From: Candidatus Binatia bacterium
GTDB lineage: Bacteria > Desulfobacterota > Binatia > HRBIN30
NCBI GenBank assembly: GCA_937925685.1
Contig: CALAMI010000008.1
Span: 7,125-71,124 of the forward strand
Direction: 5' to 3'
DNA length: 64,000 nt
Under the pieces are notes generated by a model. That model was not told the DNA's origin and did no database searches. It saw only the letters and a list, made by a program, of their open reading frames with translations. This document shows positions 21,076 through 29,934 of this stretch, piece by piece. Position 1 is the stretch's first letter; every line of letters starts with the position of its first letter. The position numbers were made by a program, and so were the translations under genes.

Positions 21076-22821
21076 CTACGGTTCGACAGCCGCACGGGGT
21101 TTCGTGCCCAACTCGTCAATGGCCCGAAGCCCCCGGCGGACGGCTTCAGCTACGGCAACGGCAATCACGAGCGCAGAGGCGCTGAACGAGCCGACGACAC
21201 CGATCCACGTGCTGCGATCGAGCGGAGTGTTCTGCAGGTAACGGAAAAAAAGCACGTACGTGGGCCAAGCCTGTAAGATGACCACGCTGCCGACGACACT
21301 CATGCAAAGAATCATCGAGATCAAGGCACCCACGCTCGTGGCGATCTTGCTCGCTTGATCGGCCTCGAAACGGGGATAGCGTGTGCCTGCTGCGAGGCTG
21401 ATCGCCACGATCGCGCACGTGAGCCCAGCCATCGTTAGCGGTGCCAACCAGCGCATGAACGGTAACACGCGCAAGTAGTGGTTCGTGAGAACGATCAATA
21501 CTTCCCCGAGAACGAACAGCGGTACCAAGGCTACCCAGAACTTACTCCACCACAGTTGTCGGAGATCGATCGGTGCTGTCTGGGCAATCCACAGGGCTCG
21601 CCCCTCCAAACTGATCGCGGGGAAGACAAACCGCTGAGCCACTGAGGCGACAACGAAGCCGGCAAGGAGCAAATTTAGGAAGGAAACGACGTTGCGGAAG
21701 TAAAAGGTCACCAGCGGCATGCTGCCAAGGGGAAGCACGCGGAAGTTGTACACGTACACCACAACCAGTGCGGCCAGTAAGATGAGTTGCGACCATTGGC
21801 TAGCATCCCGAAAGAACGAGCGAGTATCCTTTTGCACCCACAGGCCGAGAACTCTCGGCAGTGGTGCCGTGAGGACTCTCAGGAGCCACTGTGCCAGACG
21901 CTGCTGCGTCAGTTTTGCCCTTTGGCCTTCCTGGGACTTGCTGTAGCCGCTGTTGAAAAGGGCGGCAGTGACGTATGCCGCTACCCACCAACTGACGATC
22001 GCTCCGCTGACCAGAAGTACGAGCCACCAGGGTAGGCTGGCCACTTCGCCCACGGCAAGTCCGTGGACGACTTCCGCCGCCCAAGTGCTCGGGAGCCACA
22101 TTGCTGCCGGTGTGCGCATGGCAACGAGAAATTGAGCGAAGTCGGCAAATTGTTCTGGCCGTACCAGTCGCTCAGGCTCCAAGAATCGCAGCAGCATGTA
22201 TAACAGGGCACCTACGATGATCGCGGCAAGCACCAGAAGGTCTCGCGCTTGGCGGGCCGGAAATACGTTCACCACAATGGCGGTCACGACAACGCCGAGC
22301 GCCGCCGGAACGACCGCAAAGGGGACGAGCACCAACGGCGCCAACACATAAAAAGTCGCTGTCGCTTGGTGCGCCAAGCCATAAGCCACAAGGGCGGGGA
22401 ACGCAAAGAGGACGACCATCCAAGACGACTCGACAACGGTTTCTAAAAATCGCGCATGAAACAATGTGCGAAACGGAACCGGGGCAGCAACTACGCGCTC
22501 CAGTTCCGCGGAAAGAAAAAATGTCGAGAGCGCTACGACGATGTTCGAGAACAACAGGACGGACAGGAAAGTCAAGAGGATCATCGCCAGAACCTTGTAA
22601 GTCAGAACTGGCCCGAACTCTGGGATGCTCAAGAAATGAATCAACACCCGGTAGAAGAACACGAAGACTCCGGTAGCGAACCCGATGGCGAGACCCAGCA
22701 GCAAAAGCCGCTGCCATCGGGTCGCCACGGAAGCTCGTTGGTAGCGGTTGCGGGCCGACTGTAGCCGAGGTTGGAGGAGGTGGTAGACGCTGACTAGCGA
22801 GGAAGGAGCCGCGTTGGTCAT
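21076..22821 (-). CDS. Putative ABC transporter permease (multi-TM)
   Basis: About 12 hydrophobic segments, 'ISLEGRALWIAQTAP' motif; start overlaps the ATPase stop. Confidence 0.85.
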   Translation of the reverse strand: MTNAAPSSLVSVYHLLQPRLQSARNRYQRASVATRWQRLLLLGLAIGFATGVFVFFYRVLIHFLSIPEFGPVLTYKVLAMILLTFLSVLLFSNIVVALSTFFLSAELERVVAAPVPFRTLFHARFLETVVESSWMVVLFAFPALVAYGLAHQATATFYVLAPLVLVPFAVVPAALGVVVTAIVVNVFPARQARDLLVLAAIIVGALLYMLLRFLEPERLVRPEQFADFAQFLVAMRTPAAMWLPSTWAAEVVHGLAVGEVASLPWWLVLLVSGAIVSWWVAAYVTAALFNSGYSKSQEGQRAKLTQQRLAQWLLRVLTAPLPRVLGLWVQKDTRSFFRDASQWSQLILLAALVVVYVYNFRVLPLGSMPLVTFYFRNVVSFLNLLLAGFVVASVAQRFVFPAISLEGRALWIAQTAPIDLRQLWWSKFWVALVPLFVLGEVLIVLTNHYLRVLPFMRWLAPLTMAGLTCAIVAISLAAGTRYPRFEADQASKIATSVGALISMILCMSVVGSVVILQAWPTYVLFFRYLQNTPLDRSTWIGVVGSFSASALVIAVAVAEAVRRGLRAIDELGTKPRAAVEP

Positions 22822-23579
22822 GCCCGCGCTCGGATCGGGTAATCGGCCAAGGTTTCCACCGCAGTGAAGCGCAAGAAGATCGTTTCCAGGTCGCTGCCGG
22901 CCGGAGTCCCGGCGAGACGATGAAGCTCCGCTAACGTTCCCACGGCGATTAGGCGACCTTGGTCGATGATCGCGATACGATCGGCGATTTCCTCGGCGAC
23001 ATCTAAGCTGTGCGTGGAAAGAAACACGGTCGCACCGGCAGCAGCAAATTGCCGCACAAGCTGCTTCAAGAGGTGTGCCCCTCGTGGATCGAGTCCCACC
23101 ATGGGCTCGTCGAGAATCAGGATGCTCGGCTGGTGAATCAGTGCCGCCGCAAGGGCAAGCCGTTGCTTCATGCCGTGGGAATAACTTTCCGTAAGTTCGT
23201 CCGCCCAATCGGCGAGATCGAACTGCTGCAGGAGTTTCTGTCGTCGAGAGGGAATCTGCGTCGGGTTCACCCCGTACAGCCCGGCGACAAAATCGAGGAA
23301 CTCCGCCCCGGTAAGCTTATCGTAAAGGAAGGGACGATCTGGAACAAAACCGCACAACCGCTTGGCCGCCTCCGGCTCCTGCCCAAGGTCATGCCCGCCC
23401 AGCCGCACCCGGCCGGCAGTGGGTCTAAGCAAGCCCATCATCATTTTGATGGTGGTTGTCTTACCCGCGCCGTTAGGGCCCAAGCAGGCAAAAACCTCGC
23501 CGGGGTTCACCACCAGGCTTAGGTTGTCTACTGCGGTGACTTGTCGGAACCGTTTGGTCAGCTCGATCAGCTCGATCAT
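22818..23579 (-). CDS. ABC transporter ATP-binding protein
   Basis: GPNGAGKTT, YSHGMKQR, LDEPMVGLDP, STH. Confidence 0.95.
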   Translation of the reverse strand: MIELIELTKRFRQVTAVDNLSLVVNPGEVFACLGPNGAGKTTTIKMMMGLLRPTAGRVRLGGHDLGQEPEAAKRLCGFVPDRPFLYDKLTGAEFLDFVAGLYGVNPTQIPSRRQKLLQQFDLADWADELTESYSHGMKQRLALAAALIHQPSILILDEPMVGLDPRGAHLLKQLVRQFAAAGATVFLSTHSLDVAEEIADRIAIIDQGRLIAVGTLAELHRLAGTPAGSDLETIFLRFTAVETLADYPIRARA

Positions 23580-23772
23580 ACAGCACGATGGTGCGCAAGA
23601 GTTCTTCTGCAGGCAAGGGCATTCTTCCGTGCCAACGCTTGGCGAGGGCGGAGCATGTGCAGAGGCAAGGGCCCAAGCATACAAGGTGTAGCTTGACACT
23701 GAGGATCAAAACGGGCTAGCGAAGGAGCTTTGGCTGCGCCCACGGTGCAGTAGTTTGACTCAAGGAGGAGGC

Positions 23773-25083
23773 ATGGACCGAGGACATTGGTGGGTGACGA
23801 TCGTGGCGGTACTCTGGATGCTGGGAAGTACATCGAGCGCGGTGGGCCAGGTCTGCGGGGATGGCGTTGTGGAGCCACCAGAGGAGTGTGACGACGGTGG
23901 CTACTGTGTCGGGAGCGACAACGCGGGCGCGGAATGCCGGAGCGATACCGATTGCCCGAGCGGCGCCTGTCGCGCAGTCGGTGGGGATGGTTGTGCAGCA
24001 AACTGTACGACCGAGAAGCAGGTTCTCTTCGATTTGGTGCCGGGAGAGGTTTTAGGCGGTGGTTTAGGCTCATCTCTGCGACAAGGGACAAGCGGCATTG
24101 TTGCCGAGGCCGCGGCGGTTCAAGGCCTTGGCGTGGCGATCCCCATGCAGGGAACGCTCAGGTTGGCGGTGGGGAGGTCTCGCGACGGGATCATCCCGGT
24201 GGTGGTGAAGGAAAATGCGGTGGAGGTGCCACCAATCGAGGTGTCATTGCTCGGTTTCAGCGGCTGCGGTTGTGTCAAAGGGGCCGCTGCGAAGACCTGC
24301 GGTGGTACCTTTTTCGAGCCGGATGGGGCGCTCTCTTTAGATTGCACCCAGGATGCGAACGTGTGCAGAGGAAAGAAGCCGTGCACCTACTTGCACGGAC
24401 CGGGCAACACCCTTTCCGGTGTGATTGGCTGTAGTGGCCTCGACGGCACGGACCTCGAGTTCGTGATCGACGCTGGAGGCGACACCGGGCAGGCGTTACC
24501 TCCGCAAGTGAGCGTTACTGGACAGGGAGGGCCGGGGGCAGCACAACTTCTGGCCACAATTGGTCTTGACCTCCGTCTCAATGGTGGGTGCACGGGTACC
24601 GGGCCCGCTTACGGGCCGGATGGAATGTTTTGCACTGCGGATGATCGGCCTGACCTCAGTATCGCGGCGACGAACCCGGCAGTGACCGGTTTAGCTAGAG
24701 CGCGTGTGGTGAACCTGCCGGACGGAAGCGAGTTTGGTCCAATCAGTGGGAATGGAGCACCGTTTTCGTGCGACAAGCTGGCGACCGCCAACGCCGGCGG
24801 AGCTCACCTGGTGTCTGCCTTTGCGATACCCAACCTCGAGCCCCTGGGTGCAGTGGGTGTCACCATCCATCTCGTGGCGCAGGATACCGGTGGTGGCCTT
24901 ACTTGCACCGGTGATTGCGGGGGGGATGGTGAGGTTACGGTGGACGAGATTGTGCGTATGGTCAACATCGCCTTGGGGGCGGCAGCCGTAGACCAGTGCG
25001 CGGCGGGCGATGCCAACGGCGATGGCGAGATTACCATCGATGAAATCGTTGCTGCCGTCAACAAAGCCTTGGCCGGATGTTGA
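23773..25083 (+). CDS. Secreted Cys-rich protein: Myxococcus-type Cys repeat (CGDG..EECDDG) at the N-terminus, dockerin/EF-hand-like duplicated GDxxGDGx(V/I)T(V/I)DEI at the C-terminus
   Basis: GGAGG RBS, signal peptide, motifs read directly from the translation. Confidence 0.85.
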   Translation: MDRGHWWVTIVAVLWMLGSTSSAVGQVCGDGVVEPPEECDDGGYCVGSDNAGAECRSDTDCPSGACRAVGGDGCAANCTTEKQVLFDLVPGEVLGGGLGSSLRQGTSGIVAEAAAVQGLGVAIPMQGTLRLAVGRSRDGIIPVVVKENAVEVPPIEVSLLGFSGCGCVKGAAAKTCGGTFFEPDGALSLDCTQDANVCRGKKPCTYLHGPGNTLSGVIGCSGLDGTDLEFVIDAGGDTGQALPPQVSVTGQGGPGAAQLLATIGLDLRLNGGCTGTGPAYGPDGMFCTADDRPDLSIAATNPAVTGLARARVVNLPDGSEFGPISGNGAPFSCDKLATANAGGAHLVSAFAIPNLEPLGAVGVTIHLVAQDTGGGLTCTGDCGGDGEVTVDEIVRMVNIALGAAAVDQCAAGDANGDGEITIDEIVAAVNKALAGC

Positions 25084-25162
25084 GCACTGAGGCGTCGAAG
25101 CAGCAGTTGCCGCGCCGCGGTAAGCTCGCTACAAGGGCCGCCGTTGTGCGGCAACTTTCTGC

Positions 25163-25236
25163 GGCGGCGTAGCTCAGCTGGTCAGAGCGAGGGTCTCATA
25201 ATCCCTAGGTCACTGGTTCGACTCCAGTCGCCGCCA
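25163..25236 (+). tRNA. tRNA with CAT anticodon, most likely elongator tRNA-Met (CCA not encoded)
   Basis: GGCGGCG/CGCCGCC acceptor stem, GCTC/GAGC D-stem, CT-CAT-AA loop, ACTGG-TTCGACT-CCAGT T-arm; paired 1:72 argues against initiator; Ile2 not excluded. Confidence 0.93.
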
Positions 25237-26294
25237 TTTGACCCCCCGTGGCTGCGCTAGAAGCTGATCGGCCGGAGGCTCAACGATCGCGAGTAAAAAA
25301 GTCGCCAACGGGAAAACTGTCCAGTCTCCACCAGAGGCCATGAGAGGTTGCGCCGGCTCTGCGTACCGCCCCGCCCGGTCGCGAATGGCAATCGTTTGCA
25401 ACTCGCAGATACCTTTGGCGATTGGGACACGGGCTTGCTGTCGCTCGTGGCCCGGGTTTTAACGGCAAACTTCATCACGAGGAAACCAATTACGCGTTAT
25501 GGTTTCCTGGAGATCGGGTAGGGTGTTCGATGTTGCCTGCCGCTAGGCCTGAGACCGCGTATTTAAAAAGGTCCGGCGCCGAACAGCTCTGCAGCACCCT
25601 TCTGCATGTGCCCTCCAGGGGCGGCCGAGACACGCTTGGGGATCTGTCGACCCCGACCCAGATACCGATGCTTTCGGTCAGCGTGACTGCGGGGGGAGGT
25701 GCGGTCCCCGGTACCGTTGCTGAGAAGATAACTTCGAGGCTAACCGGGGGGCGCCACGAGTCGGCCTTTTGAGAAGGCAGGCATGGCAACCAACTCCACC
25801 AAGCGCGCGACCAGGCCGAGCTGAGTAGCGACAGTTGACTGCCATGCAGCTGGACTTCCATCATCGCTGTTGCCGTTTTGCCCTGGTCGATGGCTTTTGG
25901 CTCTACCCCTCTGCTGCACGCGCTTCGGCGTCTAAACGTAGGCGAGGTGGGGCTTCGCGTGCGACCGTGGGCAACCGATCTGGAGTGCAGTTATGCATTG
26001 CAGTGGCCACGCTGACGCACTTCTCTCGAAGATTGGGGCCGGGTGAACCAGTTGCTCGCGCGAACACTCGGTCCTAGGCCACCCCGGGGGTTCCACGCTG
26101 GCGACCTTCTTGGTGGAGCGCCATGTGAGCCCGGAGTGAGTCAGACTCGCGCCTGAAATCTCTAGGGCATGACCGCTCGACTCGCTGCGTCCGGGGTTTG
26201 GCTGATCAACTGCGGGTTAATAATCACCGGAAGGGATGGAAGCGACTTTCATGATTGCCAGGTGCACGAGGGGGTTGTAGAAGGTGATCGAAGC

Positions 26295-28184
26295 ATGATG
26301 AGGAACTCAGATTGGTTGAGGTGGCTCATCGTCGCGGTGGCAATCACGGTTCCGGCCGCCGCGCCGTCTTCGGCCGTGCCGCGCCAGGGAAACGGGCCAG
26401 TTTGCGGTAACGGCATCGTGGATGAAGGAGAAGAGTGCGACGACGGCGGCATTTGCATCGGCGGTCCACGTGCTGGCCACCGTTGCGCAAGCGAGGATGA
26501 GTGCGAAGCGGGTGGAGTCTGTGTCGGAGGACCTCGAGAGGGAGTGCAGTGCGACGAGCACAGCGATTGCCCCTTTGGAGCCTGCATCCGTTGTAGACCT
26601 TTTGGTGGCGACGGATGCGCCGCCAACTGTACGAAAGAGACAGATGTTGCGACCAATTTCATTCCTGGATTGGTCAAAGGAAACGACCTTGTCCCAGGCA
26701 CGAGCGGAATTATTGTCAACAGTGGTTTCCTCAATTTGGCAATCGCAGTGCGTGGGTTTCAGACGTGGAGTTTAGGCAAACAGCGCGACGGTAAAATTCC
26801 GGTAGCCGTTCGAGCGCAGTCGGTAGACTTTCCACGGGTGTCGATCTCTGGAATCGTTTGCGGTTGTGCACGAGGGATACCCGTGAAGACTTGTGGGGGC
26901 ACGCTGTTCGATGCGGATGGGGTAACGCTGTCGCAGGAATGTACGCCGGTGTTGACCAGAGGTGACGCCGAGTGTGAGGGCCGCTTTCCATGCGCCTTCG
27001 TTAACGGTCCAGGGAACGCGGCTGCCGGAGTCGTTGGTTGCGATGGATTGGAAGCGGTCAACGTCTCTTTGATACGTGACTGCGGAGCCCCCGAAGGCGT
27101 ACCCCCCAGTTCTCCCGTGCCCAGGATTCACGGGGGAGGTGGTGTAGGTTCTGCGCTGGTGACGTCGAGCACACTCATTACAGCGGTGGTTGGGGCCTGT
27201 TCTGGATCTGATGCAGCGATGGGCCCCGACGGGGAGTTTTGTACAGACGATGATGATTGGCTCGCATCCCCACGGTTGTTGTTCACGTTGCCGGCAACCA
27301 CGGGGACCGCGTCGGTCCTGGTGGAAAATGCCAGCAACCAGCCAGGGGTGGAGCTGGGCCCGGTTTCGGTGGAAGGACAACCGTTTGCCTGCGACTTACT
27401 GGCCCAGGGCGTTGCCCAGGGAGCCGTGCTGACAGGAGTGTTAGCGGCGTGTGATCAGAACCCCTTGGGAGATTTAGTGGCACGGTCGGTCCTCTCAATT
27501 GGCGAGCCGAGGGCCACTCCAACTCCGGAGCCGACTGGGCCCACCCCAACGCCAACAGCCACGCCGTTGTTGATTCGGGGTGACCGACGAGATCCGCGGC
27601 GTGCGTCAGGGTGCCAAGCGGCCTGGCGTGTCATGAGTGTGAATCCGTTGATGGATCGTTTTGGTCGGGCAGCAAACCGGGTCTTGTGTACGGATGGGGA
27701 CCCGTCCTGCGATTTTGCCTTCAACCGCCCGGGCCTCTGTGAGTTTTTAGTGCAGGTGTGTTTGAACGTCGTGGACCCAATTTTCTCGGCTTGCCGACCA
27801 AATGGAGTGCGCTCGGTCGAAATCCTGCGTCCGGACCCCCGCAAAGCGCGCTTGCAGCCCGTGCAGGAAGTGCTGGCCACAAACCGGTTTGCCCTGGAGT
27901 CAGCACTGCAGCACTTACGCGACCCCGCACGCCCAGGCGCCGGTTTTGTGTTCCGGCCGCCGGTGCAGCCGCAGCAGTTCAATTTCTGTAGTGCTCCCTT
28001 CCCGGTGCAGGTGCTCGTCGGTGGCCTGCGCAGCGCGAGCGTGACCTTGGCGTTACAAACTCAAGATTTCTCGTTCCCAGCACGGCGAGAGCTTTCCAGC
28101 CTTTCACTTGTGTGTAAGCGACCGCCCCAACGTTCGGGCGGCGAAGGAGACCCGACGCCCTTGCCGACGACTGAGGAAAATTAG
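26295..28184 (+). CDS. Secreted Cys-rich protein, paralog of 23773..25083 with a PT linker and a different C-terminal Cys domain
   Basis: Signal peptide; CGNG..EECDDGG, GGDGCAANCT, GTSGI, CGC..G...KTCGGT.F, GPDG.FCT.DD shared; C-terminal CTDGDPSCDF...VCLNVVDP. Confidence 0.85.
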   Translation: MMRNSDWLRWLIVAVAITVPAAAPSSAVPRQGNGPVCGNGIVDEGEECDDGGICIGGPRAGHRCASEDECEAGGVCVGGPREGVQCDEHSDCPFGACIRCRPFGGDGCAANCTKETDVATNFIPGLVKGNDLVPGTSGIIVNSGFLNLAIAVRGFQTWSLGKQRDGKIPVAVRAQSVDFPRVSISGIVCGCARGIPVKTCGGTLFDADGVTLSQECTPVLTRGDAECEGRFPCAFVNGPGNAAAGVVGCDGLEAVNVSLIRDCGAPEGVPPSSPVPRIHGGGGVGSALVTSSTLITAVVGACSGSDAAMGPDGEFCTDDDDWLASPRLLFTLPATTGTASVLVENASNQPGVELGPVSVEGQPFACDLLAQGVAQGAVLTGVLAACDQNPLGDLVARSVLSIGEPRATPTPEPTGPTPTPTATPLLIRGDRRDPRRASGCQAAWRVMSVNPLMDRFGRAANRVLCTDGDPSCDFAFNRPGLCEFLVQVCLNVVDPIFSACRPNGVRSVEILRPDPRKARLQPVQEVLATNRFALESALQHLRDPARPGAGFVFRPPVQPQQFNFCSAPFPVQVLVGGLRSASVTLALQTQDFSFPARRELSSLSLVCKRPPQRSGGEGDPTPLPTTEEN

Positions 28185-28199
28185 CGCTCGACTTGATCA

Positions 28200-29675
28200 G
28201 TGCCCAGCGATGCCATAGGCGCCGGGGCGACGATGGTGTTGGTGCGCAAGTGGTTCCTCAGTGCGCTTGCCCTTGTCCACCTTGCCGCGTTTTTGTCCCT
28301 AGCCAGCCAAGTCGACTGGCTCATTGGTTCGCGAGGACTATTGCCTGCCGAGGTTTGGCTCGAGGAGCTACGGGGGCGGGTGGCGCTGTGGCAGTTACCC
28401 ACGGTTTTTTGGTTCGATGCCTCGGATATCACTTTGCGCTTCGCGGCAGTGCTGGGCGCGGTGCTCGCCCTTGGGCTGTTATTGGGCGTTTATCCCCGAC
28501 TGCTGCTCGTTGCTTTGTGGGTGCTTTACCTTTCGTTTGTTTCTGCTGGCCAGACGTTCTTTGCCTTTCAGTGGGACAATTTGCTCCTCGAAGCCACGTT
28601 GCTTGCCTGTTGGCTTGCCCCTTGGCACCGTCGCGGACTGGAGCGGGAACCCCATCCAGCCACGATCTTCTTGATGCAGTGGCTGCTGGTCCGACTCCAC
28701 GTGGAATCGGGCTTAGCGAAGCTACTCTCAGGTGACCCCAGTTGGCGGGACCTCACGGCCCTGGTCACGTATTACGAGACGGCCCCATTGCCGACCTGCC
28801 TTGCATGGTTTGCTCATCAGTTACCCCTGTTCATTCATCGTGTGGCGGCATTGGCGACGCTCGTCGTCGAAGTCGCTTTGCCATGGGGTATCTGGGGTCC
28901 GAGGCCGATCCGCCGTATAGCCGTGTATTGCCTTGTGCTTCTGCAGATTTTGATTTTGGCGACAGCGAATTATGGATTTTTCAATTACCTAACTCTCGCC
29001 TTGTGCCTTTGGGGTCTAAACGATCAGGACATTCGAGCGGTCGGCCGTCGTCTCGGGATGCACGCGGCAAGCATGCCCGGAAATGCTGGCGTGCAGCGAC
29101 CATCGCGGGTTTCGCTACTTGCAGGGTGGTTGTTTGCGGGGACGTGGGCGGTTGTTGCTGTGGTACCCTTTTTCCATTTCCTTCCCGCGGTGCAGGATAG
29201 CTTCGCCGAGTTGCGGCAGTGGCTCCAACCTTGGCGGGCCGTGAACGCTTATCATTTGTTTGCCACGATGACGTACGTTCGGTACGAGGCTGTGATCGAA
29301 GGTTCGGAAGACGGCCAAGTGTGGCGGGAGTATGAATTTCGTTACAAGCCAGGGAACGTACACCGCTCTCCTGCGATTGTCGCACCGCATCAGCCGCGCG
29401 TGGATTTTCAACTGTGGTTTTTGCTGTTGCGAGGTCGCGCACCGCGGGATCGGTACTTTCTGAACTTATTAATGCGGTTGCTGACCAACCCGGGCGACGT
29501 TGAGGAGTTATTTGCCTCCGACCCGTTTTCAGGTCGTACACCTCACGCGTTACGCGTTTGGGTTTACCGCTATCGATTTACTGACTGGGGTACGTGGAGC
29601 TCGACCGGGGCCTGGTGGCAACGCGAACCGGTGGCCATGCTCGGTCCAATAGAACGCGGCAGCCCTGGGCGTTGA
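28200..29675 (+). CDS. Lipase maturation factor (LMF1) family membrane protein
   Basis: LIGSRGLLP, GQTFFAFQWDNLLLE, SGLAK, YYETAPLP, TANYGFFN.LT, YHLFATMT, EYEFRYKPG, APHQPRVDFQLWF, YRYRFT. Confidence 0.92.
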   Translation: MPSDAIGAGATMVLVRKWFLSALALVHLAAFLSLASQVDWLIGSRGLLPAEVWLEELRGRVALWQLPTVFWFDASDITLRFAAVLGAVLALGLLLGVYPRLLLVALWVLYLSFVSAGQTFFAFQWDNLLLEATLLACWLAPWHRRGLEREPHPATIFLMQWLLVRLHVESGLAKLLSGDPSWRDLTALVTYYETAPLPTCLAWFAHQLPLFIHRVAALATLVVEVALPWGIWGPRPIRRIAVYCLVLLQILILATANYGFFNYLTLALCLWGLNDQDIRAVGRRLGMHAASMPGNAGVQRPSRVSLLAGWLFAGTWAVVAVVPFFHFLPAVQDSFAELRQWLQPWRAVNAYHLFATMTYVRYEAVIEGSEDGQVWREYEFRYKPGNVHRSPAIVAPHQPRVDFQLWFLLLRGRAPRDRYFLNLLMRLLTNPGDVEELFASDPFSGRTPHALRVWVYRYRFTDWGTWSSTGAWWQREPVAMLGPIERGSPGR

Positions 29676-29934
29676 TCTCGCTCGATCGCCTATGCTGTAT
29701 AGAGGGGCCCCTGGTTCAGCCTGTGCGCGGACCCAGGACCGTTTGAAGCTCCAAGGCGCAGCGCCGACTGCTGAAAGGTTCCCCAGATAAACGCACGGTA
29801 CGCGGGAATCGCAGAGCTAGCCTGGCGATGCTGCCCCCGAAGATAGACAGGTCCAGTCTCCTAACTCTAGCTTGCCGTAAGCTGTGCTCGAGCGTACAAC
29901 CTGCAAAGATCTTGGCTCTTTTCGGGAGACAATC

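Noticed and set aside
23618-23636. Sigma54-like TGGCACG...TGC on the minus strand upstream of the ABC ATPase
   Set aside because: GG-to-GC spacing is off by one base
25163-25236. tRNA as the attachment site of an integrated element; U31-U39 mismatch as a pseudo-tRNA sign
   Set aside because: No integrase or duplicated 3' end seen; the other arms are canonical and this mismatch is tolerated in Met tRNAs
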